Below the pieces are notes generated by a model. It made no database searches, was not told where the DNA came from, and saw nothing but the letters and a program-made list of their open reading frames with translations. This document shows, in pieces, positions 31,905-44,463 of a stretch of DNA of 64,000 nt; the stretch's first letter is position 1, and every line of letters starts with the position of its first letter. The translations under genes and the position numbers were made by a program. Origin of the DNA: Epithemia pelagica (lineage: Eukaryota; Protista; Bacillariophyta); NCBI GenBank assembly GCA_946965045.2, contig OX337240.1:558001-622000 (forward strand), in the 5' to 3' direction.

Positions 31905-33317
31905 ATGACAAGCCAAGATTCCTTGCCGGGCACTTTGGACGACCGCGTGTTGCACGCGCACATTGAATGTTCGCAGGGAGTGTCCACGTATTGCATTTTG
32001 GAAGCCACCTTGGGCATTGCCCGGGATTTGGGCGCCCAACATCGGTGGATTGATGAATTGGAAGATATCATGCCACGCATCTTTCCCGGCATGCTCAAAA
32101 ATTGTTATTTGCGCGACAGTGGGAGTGGCAAGGTGGCGGCGGCCAAGGTGGATTTTGTCCCGCGCAAAATTTCCGTCTATTTGGATGCCTTGAACAGTGC
32201 CGATCAAAACTTGCTCTTGTCACCCTGGGTGCGGGAACAAGCCAAGGCCGTTTTGCGCGAATTGATGGATCCCAGTCGACCGGCCAAGGCCGATCCCGTG
32301 TCCTTTTCGGTCGGTCACATTGTCGCCGCCCTCTGGTGTTTGGATCGCTTGCGGGTCCGGTCCGTCAGTTGCAGCCCGGTACCGTGGTCGTCCAAACCCA
32401 ATACGAGCATTTCTCCGACGCGGCTGTTGCGCCAAGCCCTCTTTGTGGGATTGCCGACGCAATTTGATGCCGATTCCTATGCCAAACGTACCACGGGCGA
32501 TGGTTTGGCCTTGTTGCGCGTCTTGACGGGCGTCGCCCGCAATCCCCATCATCCCATTTCCCGCGATCCACCGCCCATGATCTTGCGGGCCTCGGCGACG
32601 GGATCGGACGATGGAAGTGCCGATGATATCATTCAAATTGGCTTGACCGTGGGAGAATTGTCGTCCACGTCGTCCACGTCGTTGGACGCGACGGACCGGG
32701 TCCCCCACGCCTTGCCGCCCTGGGAAACGTCCAATGACATGAAACAAATTGCCACCAATATCGATGACATGACTTCCGAACATTTGGCCTTTTGCATGGA
32801 ATTGCTCTTGCAAGAAGGCGCGGCCGATGCCTGGTTGGAACCCATTGTCATGAAAAAGGGTCGATCGGCCCATACCTTGCACTGTCTGTGTACGGACCAG
32901 CAAGTCCCGGCCATGTTGACGTTGATTTTTCGACATTCCACCACCTTGGGCATTCGTGTCACTCCCGTCCAACGCATGGCACTCCGACGTCAAGTCCTTC
33001 AAGTGCCCGTCGATCCCTCCACCCTCAATGGCAGCACTACTACTACAACCATGGATCCCACGACGGCCACGGTCGATGTTAAGGTGGGATATTTGGGCGG
33101 AGGACCGGAACAGCAACAACAAATCACCACCATCAAGGCGGAATTTGACCATTGTTATCGAATTGCCTGCAAAACGGGACAGCCCATTCAACAAATTGCC
33201 AAACTGGCCGTGCGCAAGGCCGAAGAAGCCTTGCACAAACATGGCCAAAAACTGGTGGCCGAGTCGCCGCCACCAGCCATGAAAAAGAAGGAGAGTCAGC
33301 GAAGCGAATCGTCCTAA
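31905..33317 (+). CDS. larC: LarC/DUF111-family nickel-insertion-like protein (470 aa) with a degenerate N-domain
   Basis: C-terminal motifs ATNIDDMTSE, DAWLEPIVMKKGR, FRHSTTLGIR, VDVKVG, KAEFD..RIA. The N-terminal HIECSQGVS and TTGDGLALL only loosely match DCFSGISGDM and TPTGAAL. Confidence 0.8.
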   Translation: MTSQDSLPGTLDDRVLHAHIECSQGVSTYCILEATLGIARDLGAQHRWIDELEDIMPRIFPGMLKNCYLRDSGSGKVAAAKVDFVPRKISVYLDALNSADQNLLLSPWVREQAKAVLRELMDPSRPAKADPVSFSVGHIVAALWCLDRLRVRSVSCSPVPWSSKPNTSISPTRLLRQALFVGLPTQFDADSYAKRTTGDGLALLRVLTGVARNPHHPISRDPPPMILRASATGSDDGSADDIIQIGLTVGELSSTSSTSLDATDRVPHALPPWETSNDMKQIATNIDDMTSEHLAFCMELLLQEGAADAWLEPIVMKKGRSAHTLHCLCTDQQVPAMLTLIFRHSTTLGIRVTPVQRMALRRQVLQVPVDPSTLNGSTTTTTMDPTTATVDVKVGYLGGGPEQQQQITTIKAEFDHCYRIACKTGQPIQQIAKLAVRKAEEALHKHGQKLVAESPPPAMKKKESQRSESS

Positions 33318-34170
33318 GACACCAAGCAATCACCATAACCACCACAAATAGAATAGTAGTAGTAGTAGTACTAGGACGAGGAGGAGAATGGACACGCACC
33401 AACGGAACATTACTGTCGACAACATTGTAACACGCTGTTAATACTGGTCTTTTGGACATAACAACAATGGAACCGACGACTCATTCTATTGTAGAACGGA
33501 GAACCACCGTATAGAGGGTTTCGGCTGTCTCCCGTGTGGAACGTTTGGACCACCCGTCATCTTCCCATTTCCCATTTGTATCATGGACGTTGCCTCCTCC
33601 CCATCACCTACCACACTGGCTGACACACATCAAATCCAAAGAATGACAACCGTCCAGGACATGCGGCAAGAGGAGTGACAATATCACGGATGATACAGCC
33701 AATACCCTCTTACCAAGAAACCGTCGTCTCAACAGGGCCTTCCAGCTAGAGTCGCATTCCGCACTCCGCAAGGCGACACACCACCTTGTGGTAGTCTATG
33801 CGGAAGATGAGCTAGAGGAGCTACCCCCTGCCGACCCCTTCTGACATGGTGAGTTTAGTCTGACCTAGAGGACATAACGGGCTTGCGTATTATCGAGCAA
33901 GCAACTACATTATTTCCACAATTTTTTTGTCAATGGTCTGTGACTGGCGAAGAGACACTACGACAAACATCCTTGGCACGTGCCGTTTCGGTCTGTCCGA
34001 GAGATCGCAGTTAGTCTGTCACCAAAAACTCTGTCCGTTGAGTTTTGAGAACTAAGAGGATTCTAAAATCTTAAACAAGACACACTTTTTGCCGCAGGCC
34101 TCTGAAACCGAGAATGGCTCCACTGCCATCAAAACCCAAGGCACAAGACGACGCGAAGCAGCGTGGCTAC

Positions 34171-35499
34171 TCAGAAGTCAAGGTGGATCGTGTTGGGGAA
34201 GTGGTGTCGGGGATCCTGGCCATTAAAGGTGTCAAAAAGTGTTTGGCTTGGGGATTCGAGCGCTGTCTCCGAATTGGTTTGGAGAGCCGGATCCACAAGG
34301 TTGTCGAGGCGATTTCGGAGGTTCTCGAAGGAAGTGGCTCGACTTTCCGGTGTTGTGCTGTCGACGTGTCGAAAGTCTGTGGTTGTGAACATGAGTTGGG
34401 CCATGCCCGTCGTCCATTCCAAGACTTGGGGGCGAATGTACCGCATGAAGGCAGTCGAGCTCCATCGTCCGAGAATCATTATTTTTACGACGGAACAATC
34501 AGCCAGGAAGAGGGCCATGGCGGCTCCGGATCGAAGGGAGTGGGTGCCTATGTCCATGGGGGCGTAGCCGAAGGCGCTGACTCCGCCGCCCAATTTGCAA
34601 GTTGAACGCAGCAAGTGTCGTGTGTCCTCTTGGCGAATGTATCGCGGTGGGAGCGATGGGTTGGTAGGATCGAACCAACAGTTCACTGGTGTCGATGCGG
34701 CGGCCTTCGGTCGGTAGTGGAGGATGCGCCGAAGGACTCGTCCCCACATCAGTACCGGGTCGAAGATGGGGTCGTTGGTTCGACTTTGTGTTCTGGTTTC
34801 ACATTTGTGGTTGTTCTTCTGATCACGGAAAGTGATCGAAACGTATTTTGCGAGACAGTGAAAGTGTGGATGGTTGGCGGCGATGGTCTCGTGCTTCCTG
34901 GCGGTGAAGAAGACGACGTCGCCGATGGTTAGGAGCTTGGTCTTGCCGCGATGGGGGACGGTGGTGATTTCGCAGCTTCGACAGCCGAAGAAGAAACCGC
35001 ATCCTGCGAGGTCGGCGACGCAGGCCTTGAAGGAGGCAAAGTCGAAGACTCTGGATTGCGGTGTAGGAGATTTGACTCGGCAGCAGTGTAGCTACATAAA
35101 TCTAAGGTGTTTGATTGTGATAGCTTTTTCTCTCTTTTCCGGGGGGTCAAGATTCGCCCACGCACGCTTGAGGGAGGAGACAAGGGGGTGTAGATTGCTC
35201 CCGTCTTGACAGTGGCAGGGGCTCGGCCGGTCGAGATTCCTGAAGCACGATGCCAAGTCTCCAATGGCTTGCGCAAGAGTGCTCGCTTGAAGAGGGTTCG
35301 AGCTGTCCCTGTTCCTCGTGAAGTCGGCTTCCCGGAGGCATTGGAGGAAGGAACATGCGATGCTGGCTCTGTGGTTGGAGGCTGGGACGGAGTCGAGGAG
35401 TGGGTCGTGACCAAATCCAATCCTGTCGAGATGGCCTGTCCATCGTTCCCAACATTGGTCGCGTTTCTGGTGTGATCCTTCTGTCTTTCCGAAGAAGAT
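34171..35499 (-). pseudogene. Tyrosine recombinase with a premature TAG at 35092-35094
   Basis: WERW...DPLL N-terminal part; REKAIT; FFFGCRSCE (catalytic R); DQKN; GTHSLRSGAAM (H-x-x-R); ILGRWSSTAFMRYIR (W and Y). No ATG of its own; it overlaps the end of the RT frame. Confidence 0.9.
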
Positions 35500-38419
35500 T
35501 CAGGAGACTGAGGCACGATGGAGCAGATCCAACATAAAATTGCGTTGGGAAGTTGTCTGATGCAAAAATTCTCTGGAATCTGAGAGGGAAAATTATTATG
35601 AATGTAAGTGGTGAGTTGGTCATCTGTGAGGTGCCAATAACGAGAAAGTATATCTGACACTTCGTTTCTCTTCTCTGGGATGTGTTCCGCTTGGAGAGAG
35701 AAACGGTGTTCGAGAGTTAGCTCCATCAGTCGTTTCGAGACCTTGACATGGTGGGGTTTGTCCGTTCCAAAACTGGATTTATACATCCAGCCGACAGCCG
35801 AAGAGTTGTCGGAGAGAGCGAGTGCAGCGTCGTTCTCGTTCACGTCGCCAAACCAACAATCCACCCACATCGTGACGACGATGGCAATATACTCGAAGAG
35901 ATTATTCGATCGAGTCTTGTTGGTTGGGTTGTGCTCCATCATCGTCTTGAGCATGATCTCGTCGATGTGGAACCGCCAAGCTCGGCCGGATCCAACGGAA
36001 TAACCGCCCATTCCTTCGGGGCAGGAGTCGGCGTGCAACAGCTGCGTGGGGACGTGGCAAACGAGTCGGTTGAAGGAGATGCCGTTGTGGGCGTGATCCA
36101 GCAGGAGTTTCCACATTTCCAAGTCTGGGACGATCGAGTCTGGGACATGATACCGGTAAAAGGCGGGTGGGACGTCTCGATTCGACCGTGGCCGTTTGGG
36201 GTTCTTGTCTGTCTCGGCCTTTTTCTGACGGAATGTCCGTTCGATGAACAGTTGGTATTCGCAAATTCGGGCAAGCCAAAAAGACGAATGGGGAATGCCT
36301 TTGGTGGCATGCAACAATTTACCGATTAAGCTACGTAATTCCTGGAAGGTGGTGCGTCGAGTTTGCAGCATGGTGTCAATCTCGCGCGTCCAGCCGATTC
36401 GCTTGTCGTTGGGCAGGCTGAGAGTCATCGTTCGTGAATCAACAATCCAACCGAGAACTCGTTGTATTTCAGCGGGTGCTCCTTCGGCTTGCAGCTTGTC
36501 TGCTTCCAACATGTCTTTGCGAGAAATCGGTTCGTCGTCGGCAACTGGGCGTGTCATGAGGTGGACCACCAGTGGGACGATACTTGGGCATTTTTCGAGA
36601 TTCTTGGCGGTGGCAAGGAATACTTGGATCATGTCATCCAAGTAAGAGTCGTGAAAGCCTTGTGGTCGCGGGGGGATAGCGACAGCCAATTCGCATGCTT
36701 GGGCAAGGGGAGTGTCGTCTGGTGCGCATTTGGGTGGGCCAATGCCTTCTTGGAGTGGTGATTGGACTATGTCGGGGTGCCAATCATCGAAGTCGGCCAA
36801 ATCGTTGCACAAATCTGTGCCAATTTTGGAAACAACGGAGAATTCTGCAGGATTGGCCGATGCACCGAAGGTCAATCGCAAGTTCAGGTGCAGAAAATCC
36901 ATGGATGGATCGATTGTTATATTTCTCGCAACCACGTTACCGTTGCCATGGATGCGTCGATAAGCAGACGCCCAATCAAATTTACTCAACAATATACGGT
37001 CGTCGGGATGGTGCCAGCGAAGAGTCACGATTTGGTGGATTATCCTGTCGAGGCAGTGGCCCATGACGAGGTCAATCAACTGGGTTTGGTCGATCAAGTC
37101 GTTGGTGGATGGACAGAAACCAAGCGAAAAAGATTGGTCGTGGGTGAGACGTAGCTTCGGAACAAGGTCGCCGTTGGCGTCAATTCCGAGTTGATGGGCT
37201 ACTCCCATGGGGCTGATTCGGCTGTGCTTGATGGCTCTACCACAGTCGAAGGTAATTGGTAGGGAGAATCCTTTGGCTGAGTCCTTTCGGAGGACTTTCA
37301 GGAGCGCGTCAGGATTTTTCTTACCGGAGGCATGGTTGCCGTATACGAGGATTGCCTCGTTTTCTGCCCTTCTGGCTGGTTCGAATTCCTCAACTGTGAG
37401 AGGAAACAAAACACCATGGGTTACAATCTGCTGGAAGCGTGACCAGTAGGGATGGCCGCTGAGCAGTGGCTCAAGAATTTTGGCTGTGCGAAATTCCTAG
37501 CCTGGTGAGATGACGGAGCCGGGGTGGCTGTCCAACACCAGTTGCATGTCAAAGTCGTATTCAGCAATCAACTGTGAATTGTGAACAGAGTTGGACATGA
37601 CTGACAAGTTGTCTATTCCATGGCGGAATGGAGACGGCTTGGGGGTGGAAGGAACGTCGGATGCGATCGATAGGATGGTGGACAGCTGGAGAGGATGGGT
37701 AGTCGGTTGGAGTCTTGGTGGGAACAGTCTCTTATCTTCTTCACATCGTTGGGCAGATAACTCTTGATAGGGGGCGCGAGATGGGGATCCGAATGGGGCA
37801 TTAAGTTAGACTCACCTAGTAAATTTAAATCCGCATTCCGAGCTTTTTCCAATCGTTTGACATTCCGTTCTAGGGGTCGTCCCGAGAAATCAGATCCAAT
37901 GATTGCAGAGGAACTCCCAGGGAGCGTCTTCTGAATTTGAGAGGATAGATTCTCGGGAGAGGAGCTTGGGGGACTTGGGGGAGAAGGAACTTGGTTACTT
38001 ATGTCGGTGTGACCGTTCAGATTGTCTGAGGTCGTGGGTGAAGCTTTCCGGCGTGATGGGGGGTCATCAACGGAAAAGGATTGTATCTTGTGAAGGGAGT
38101 CAGTCGTGGAAGGGAAGGAGACGTGACGATCCAAAGATACTAAGGGGAGTTGGGAAAGATCGTTGAGACGTTCTTCGGGACGTCGCGAATAATCTTGAGA
38201 AGTATGTTGTGTCAAGAAAGGATTGCTTGACGTCGGAATAATGGGGTTGCTAGAAGAATAGGATGGAGCTTGGGGTGGGAGAAAGGATGGGGTGATCTCT
38301 GGAGATGACTGCAAAGAAGGAGAAGACTCTGCAGCTACTCTTATATTATTAATGGTGGGTTGAGAGTCGTGAGAAGGAACGATGGAGACGGTGGGAGTGG
38401 ACGGAACAACAAGAATCAA
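34929..38419 (-). pseudogene. RT/RNase H (pol) of the YR element, with a frameshift near 37.7-37.8 kb and a TAG at 37497-37499
   Basis: Motifs SPG*EFR, KLRLTHDQSF, SKFDWASAYRRI, LRLTFGASANP, YLDDMI, LGWIVD, HADSCPEGMGG, FEYIA, SDNSSAVGW, HIPEKRNEVSDILSR. Confidence 0.9.
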
Positions 38420-38431
38420 CCCGTCCTGGCG

Positions 38432-41182
38432 TCAGTTGCTGGAGGATGATCCAGCATATGCTGACCGGTAAAACTCGTCCATTGCTTCCTTCTTGTTGTG
38501 TTTTGCCGGATCGTCGTGACAAAACTTACACTTCTTGCCTTTCTTGCAGATGCCTTTTGTAAAGAGAATGTTGCAGAAGGGAATCTCTTTTCCGTCCTTG
38601 GAGATCTTCGGAATGTTGGTCAAAACTCCGGGAGAAAAGACCGACATGTAATTCTTGCCATTGGGGAGCAACCATCCTGCTGGAGAATCGAAGGTGATGG
38701 GTTGTTTCGTGGAATCGGAATTGGAGGAAGAGGAGGAGCCTTGTTGTTGTCGTTTGGAGTTCGGTGATCCGTCAGAAGAATTGTTGGAGCGTTTCTTCTG
38801 GGTGGATTTTTGTTGTTGATCCTGGTACTTGGCTTGTAGAGCGGGTGGGAGGGAAACCAAGGCTGCACCTGTCTTGACATTGAAGAGAATCCAGTTGATT
38901 CTTTCTTCCAATTCACAAAAGCCAACATCAATCACCGCATTAGCGCTCGAAAGAGTCGAGACGAATTCTTGGATCGCTTCGTCAAGGGCAAAAAGGAACT
39001 GTCCAAAATAAAATTCGTTGCCTGAGCTCTGCATTTTCGCCATGATGCGGTAGCGGTATCGATGGAAGAAAGTCAAAACCTTGCGGATTTGCGTTGCGAT
39101 GAATGAATTGGAACCACAAAGGCCTTTGGCACAGGCCCAGTAAGATCGGAGTTGCTTTTCGAATTCGTCTTCTGTACGCGGAAAGAACAAGTTGTGATTG
39201 GTATACAACTGTTGCATTTCCTTGGACTGCTTCATCTCGTTCAAGTGGCAGAGAGAAGCGTTGTGAATCTGCTGCCGAATGTTCTTGTCAAGGGTATGAT
39301 TGGAATCGAGCCCTGGGATCGCGTATGGATCAAAGGAGAACGGGCTGAACCCACCGGGTAAGGCTTCCGACTTGCAACGAAGACCCAAGCGTTGAATCAC
39401 CGCGCATTGACCCAACAAAATGGTGCAGGCGTTGTCGGATGGATCAAAGACTTCGGCGACGAATGATTCAAAGAAGGAAGCCGAGTTTTTGCACTTCCAA
39501 ACAATCTTGATGATATCGGACAGTTCTTCGGGGAGTGCTGTGGCTGTGCGATGGATAGAGCCAAGGCGAAGTTGTTTCTGGGCGTTAAGAGCAGGCATGT
39601 CGCGAAACATGCTCTTGGATTCCGGAGAAGTTATATCTTCTTCGTGTCCAGAACGTTTCTGGTTCATATCCTTGATGCACTGAGAGATCATAAACAAGTG
39701 AGTGTTTCCCTCATTGTCGACGATCTTGACTCCGGACGTCGTCTTGAAGGACGAGGATGGGACTTGACTTGAACAATCAACCAGGCTCTCGGTGACATGA
39801 GGGGAGGGAGTCATCTGAGGCTTGTCGACGGAGGGACGACGGTCATTGAATCTATCCGGGAAGGAGGTGGATCGATGAGAGTCAATGGTGGTGGTTGCTC
39901 GGGTAAAGTCTTGGGGAACCGATGGGATCAGACAATGGAGGGCATTCGATTTTGGCTTGATGGCTTGGACCCAACAAAAACAAAGGATATGGTCGAGGAC
40001 TTAGAGGTAAGGATAGTCCAACGGCATACCTTGTGTTTTGTCGGATGGAGAAGGTTCGGGAGAACTACGCCACCAGTGAGACAAGGCCAACTTATAGAGA
40101 GCGCTCGCAAGGTCGGGAAAGGAGATCTCGATTTCGTTTCCTTGGGAGGAATAGGAGTTATGGAACATCGTGCCTGAGAAGCAAGGAGGAAGAAGGCAGA
40201 TGCTCGAACTCACAAAATCATTCTCCTTCTCGGAAGGGGCTAGGGTCTTGAACTTGGAAGAGTCAAGAGCAAAGCGTGGGATCTTGGAATCCGAAGGGAG
40301 GCCATCCAATGCAACAACACAATGTTCGATAATCTCGGCAAGAGTCGGGACATGGGGGAATTTGTGTTCGGTCAAAAGGTCAGAAAGGTCTTGGGAATCA
40401 ATCTGAAAGGGGGCGCCGTCAAAAGACGACGAAATCAGACCGAAAAGATCAATCTCAGGATGGACAAAAGTACCACAATCAACCGGGCAACAAAGGTTGT
40501 GAATCAAAAGGGGATGATCACGACGCGATGTTGTCAGAAAGGCGAAGGAGTGGTTACCCGTCTTGGAGGACAACCAAACATGTAGGTCTTCGGCAGAAGA
40601 AAGGCGGTTGAAGCTGTCGCTGACTTGTTTCCAGAGGGAAGGATGGTGAGTCAGGGAGACATGAAAGGGACGAACAAACGAATTGCACCAATCAACCGGA
40701 TCCAACTTGGAGAGTTTCGAGAAGATCTGGTCGAGATCTTTATTGCCGAGAGACGAAAAATCGTGAGCAAAATAAAGATCGAAGCGACGAAAGCTCTTGT
40801 TGATCAACTCATCATGGTTCTTGGCTGGTGCGGAAAGGTCGGCAGCATCATCATCGGGATCAACCTTGCCAATGTCGTCGTCAGTTCCTTTCTCATCCGA
40901 AGGGGTCTTGGAGGAAAACTTGTTCCCGTGGAACAGTTTTTCCTGGATATCAGAATCAGAGCCGACGGAGATCACATCATCTTCAGAGGCGACTGGTGCC
41001 TGTTTCTTCTTCTTGAAGGAAGAAGAGGAGGAGGCGGACGGTTTCTGGTCCTGGGGAGGGTCATCAGCAACATCAGGCTGAGAGATCGGAATCGACTCAG
41101 GCGCTTGACGAGCGGAATCAGGGGGGTTGTTCTTGGAACCAAAGAGGTCATCAAGAAAGGGGTTAGGACCAGAAAACGTCAT
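38432..41182 (-). pseudogene. gag-like ORF1 of the YR element, with one in-frame TAA at 40001-40003 and a C-terminal CCCH zinc finger
   Basis: Track ORFs 40001-41182 and 38432-39814 are in the same frame, and the gap is open apart from one stop. Zinc finger FCNILFTKGICKKGKKCKFCH. Confidence 0.75.
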
Positions 41183-41681
41183 GGTAAGATAAGGCTAAGG
41201 GCAGATGTAAGCTTACTAAGATCGATGCAATCGTCTCGGAACTCGTCTCGTTGTCGTTGCAGGGATGCTGGACCTGAGAAGAGTGAGCTCTTCTCACGCT
41301 TCATCCAATCTGCATTCGGTCATCCGAATCGTAAAACCAGAGGGAACGGAATCGGATGCTCGCCTCGCGACGAGGCGGCTCGGTCGCACCTCGAATGTCA
41401 GTCGCTGAAGTCTGGCCAGCATCGGCCACGTCACTCCACCCAGTACAGACACTGACTACTGACTGGCTAATCATTCTGATGCAAAAAGTACACAAGATTC
41501 GGATAAACGGAACTAGCTAGTGTAATACATACGGAGAATCAATAACCCGACCTCCTAACAAAATGGAGAAAGCGGAACAAATGAAAAACGCGCTGCCCGT
41601 ACAAAGTCTCTTTGATTCTTTCGCCTAAGTAGCATTTCCTACTCATCGATTCGAAGGAGTCCTTTTGAGCTTTACATCACA

Positions 41682-44463
41682 ATGACATCCAGCAACTGCA
41701 ACAAAACGAGTTGTTGTACCCCAAAGGACAAAGATGCTGGGTCTCTTCGAACCTCTTCGACCTGCGCTTCGGCTTCGTCGCCGGTGGTTTCCATTGTGAG
41801 CAACGAGAGTCGTGGTGTCTCGTTTGGAAGATTTACCTTTTTGGGCTTTCTCGTGGCCGTGGCGGGTCTCTTGGGATGGTTGGGCTTCTTTTTGCTGGCC
41901 AACGCCGAACAAAATTTGGTCAATGAACAGTACTACGTCATGACCGCCCGGGCGCTGGAGACTGTGAGGAGTGTGGCAGTACGTAGAGGACGAGTTGGGC
42001 CGTTGGAACATGCGTAGTAACGTGCTGTGTGCCTCATTTTGAACTTTTTTCTCCTCTCCACAGAAATACAAGCTACAATATGGCACTCGCACCATGGCGG
42101 AAGTAGCTGCCTATACGTTCCCCGACGATGAACAATGGCCCTATGTTTGGATCGATGGGTACTGGAAGATTGTTGAAAATGTGCTTCCCACATCCTTAAA
42201 CACGGGAATGAATCTAGCACCCTTGGTAGACCCTGCCAAGGTCAATGTTTCGCAATTTGAAGACTTTGTGTATGGAAAATTTGCCGAGGTATTTCCGGAA
42301 CATCCGTTGATGGGCGCCCGAAGTCATTTCGGAAAAGGAATCTGGGGTAAGCAATCGTTCGTGTTGTTCCTTTGCAGATCAAACTTTCCGCTCACTCACG
42401 TCGTCTTTCTTCACCTGATTTTTCTAGTCATGGACCCTTCGATTGAGACAGAAGACAATCGTTATCACGACACTACGGGAGTGTCCATCCATGGAAGCGA
42501 TCGTGTGTTGCTCGCACCAAAGGTCCAGGGTTCATGGATTGGTGTCATTGACTCCGAGTGGGTCATGATGAATGTACACGGCTTCAACAATCAAGGAAAA
42601 GCTGTTGATTACGTCATGGATTGTGTCGAGGAGCGAGCCCTAGCTGACGACCCGGACTCTTTCAATTGTCAGGCGGTTAGTCCGATGGAGCCGTCCAAGC
42701 CTCCAGCCGAGCATTTGGGCATGTTTGGGTTCGTGGCGACTCCCATCTACCCCGCAAATGACCCAACCACGTGCGTTGGATTCATTTTTGGACTCGTGTA
42801 CTTTTCCGAGCTCTTGGAGGAAATGTATCCTGGAGATTACGAGGGCATTGACTGCGTATTCACCAGCAGTAGTGAGCAAACCTTTACATACTCGTTGCAG
42901 AACGGATCTGGCGTATTCCGGGGACAAGGTGATTTGCACAATGACAAGTACGATGAATTCAAAATGGAGACAGACTTGTTCGAACCCAATACCATGTCTA
43001 AGAAATCTGTGCAATACCACTGCGCTTGCTATCCGAATGATGACTTTGGTGAGATATATGCGACCAAAGCGCCCGCCATTGCCGCCGCTGGGGCAGTGTT
43101 GATTATCTTCTTTGTTTCGGCGCTTTTCTTTTTATACGACAGATGCGTTCGCAAAGAATTCAATGCTCGCAAAGAGCTGCTGGAAGCAAAGCGCAAGTTC
43201 GTACGTTTTGTGAGCCACGAAGTGAGGACTCCCCTCAACTCTGTCGCGATGGGATTGAAGCTGATGCAGGATGAAATGAAAAAGAATAAGGGAGCCACCA
43301 CGTGCAATAATAACGGCGAGTCTTGGGTTGATTTGGTCGACGAAATCCAAAACAACACACAGTGTGCCGTTGACGTGCTTACAGATTTGTTGAATTACGA
43401 CAAGATTGAAAACGGCAAAGGTCTCACGTTGGAGCTAACCGTCATTCCAATCTGGAGTCTGATTGAGAAAACGGTACAGGAGTTCAAGCTACCACTGGCC
43501 TCCAAAGGCATTACGCTGCACTTTGCGCTCCCCATGACGCAAAAGCCGGAAGCGGTCCATCAAAAGGTTGTGGGCGATCGCGTGCGACTGGCGCAAGTGT
43601 TGCGCAACCTCATGAGTAACGCTTGCAAGTTCACTCCCAATGGAGGCGACATTACGGTGGAGGTCCAGTGGGAGGAGTTGCCGCAGCACACAGCATCGAC
43701 GCCACGCGAGTTTGTGGTAAAGGGAAATGAAACGGTCACGGGCAAGTCCTCGGGTGAACTCGTTTTAACCGTCCAAGATACAGGCGCGGGTATGACGCGA
43801 GAGCAATTGAAGAAGCTGTTTGGCCAGGGAGTCCAATTCAATGTCAATGACCTTCAGCACGGCAATGGGTCGGGACTAGGACTGTACATTACCAAGAGTA
43901 TTGTAGAAAGCCACAACGGCCGGCTGACCTGTGATTCGGCCGGTATTGGTTTGGGTACAACGTTTACCATGACGCTTCCTTTGTACAACTTTCCCCAAAG
44001 CAAGCTCGATATTGAATTGGGACAAGGGCCCAGCGTCGAGAAAAATCTGTCCTATGTCGATTGGAAACTTCGCATCTTGGTGGTCGATGACGTTCTCACG
44101 AATCGCAAGTTCCTCGCCCGGCTTTTGTCCAACAAGGGCCACACGGTCGAACAGGCCGAGGATGGCGACATTGCCGTAACCAAAGTCCAAGAGGCGGAGC
44201 AAGCAGGCAGGCCCTTTGACCTCGTCCTGATGGACTACGAAATGCCGACCATGAGCGGACCAACGGCTTCCAAACTTATACGGCAAAATGGCTCTGACGT
44301 CTACATTGCAGGTGTGACAGGCAACCTCATGCCCGAAGATGTCGAGTACTTTCAAGCTTGTGGAGCTGGCGTTGTTCTCTCCAAGCCCTTGAAGATTAGC
44401 GATGTAGAAGACTTGATTGTTGAACAAAACATCACGGGGCGCACTTGCGAGAATAGTACATGA
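41682..44463 (+). CDS. Hybrid sensor histidine kinase, copy 1 (N-terminally shortened); exons 41682-41978, 42064-42346, 42428-44463
   Basis: Two TM helices flank a CHASE-like region. H-box RFVSHEVRTPLN; NLMSNACKFT; VQDTGAGM; GSGLGL; receiver LVVDD..DLVLMDYEMP..KP. Confidence 0.88.

Larger units (their letters stand above)
33800..41470 (-). mobile_element. Degenerate tyrosine-recombinase (DIRS/Ngaro-like) retrotransposon; ends approximate
   Basis: gag-like, RT/RNase H and YR ORFs occur in order, with RT and YR overlapping. Terminal repeats were not found by eye. Confidence 0.85.

Noticed and set aside
32220-33329. 369-aa antisense ORF over larC, and similar long shadow ORFs over ligA, GH5, HK, DLH and the YR pol
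   Set aside because: Opposite-strand or alternate-frame shadows of well-supported genes, with no motifs of their own.
33481-34110. Terminal repeats or an internal complementary region for the left YR element
   Set aside because: Only very short, weak matches to 41180-41630 were found by eye.
42347-42427. In-frame segments read through by the ORF track (also 56083-56163 and 29623-29751)
   Set aside because: GT-AG bounded, pyrimidine-rich and multiples of 3; interpreted as introns rather than coding sequence.
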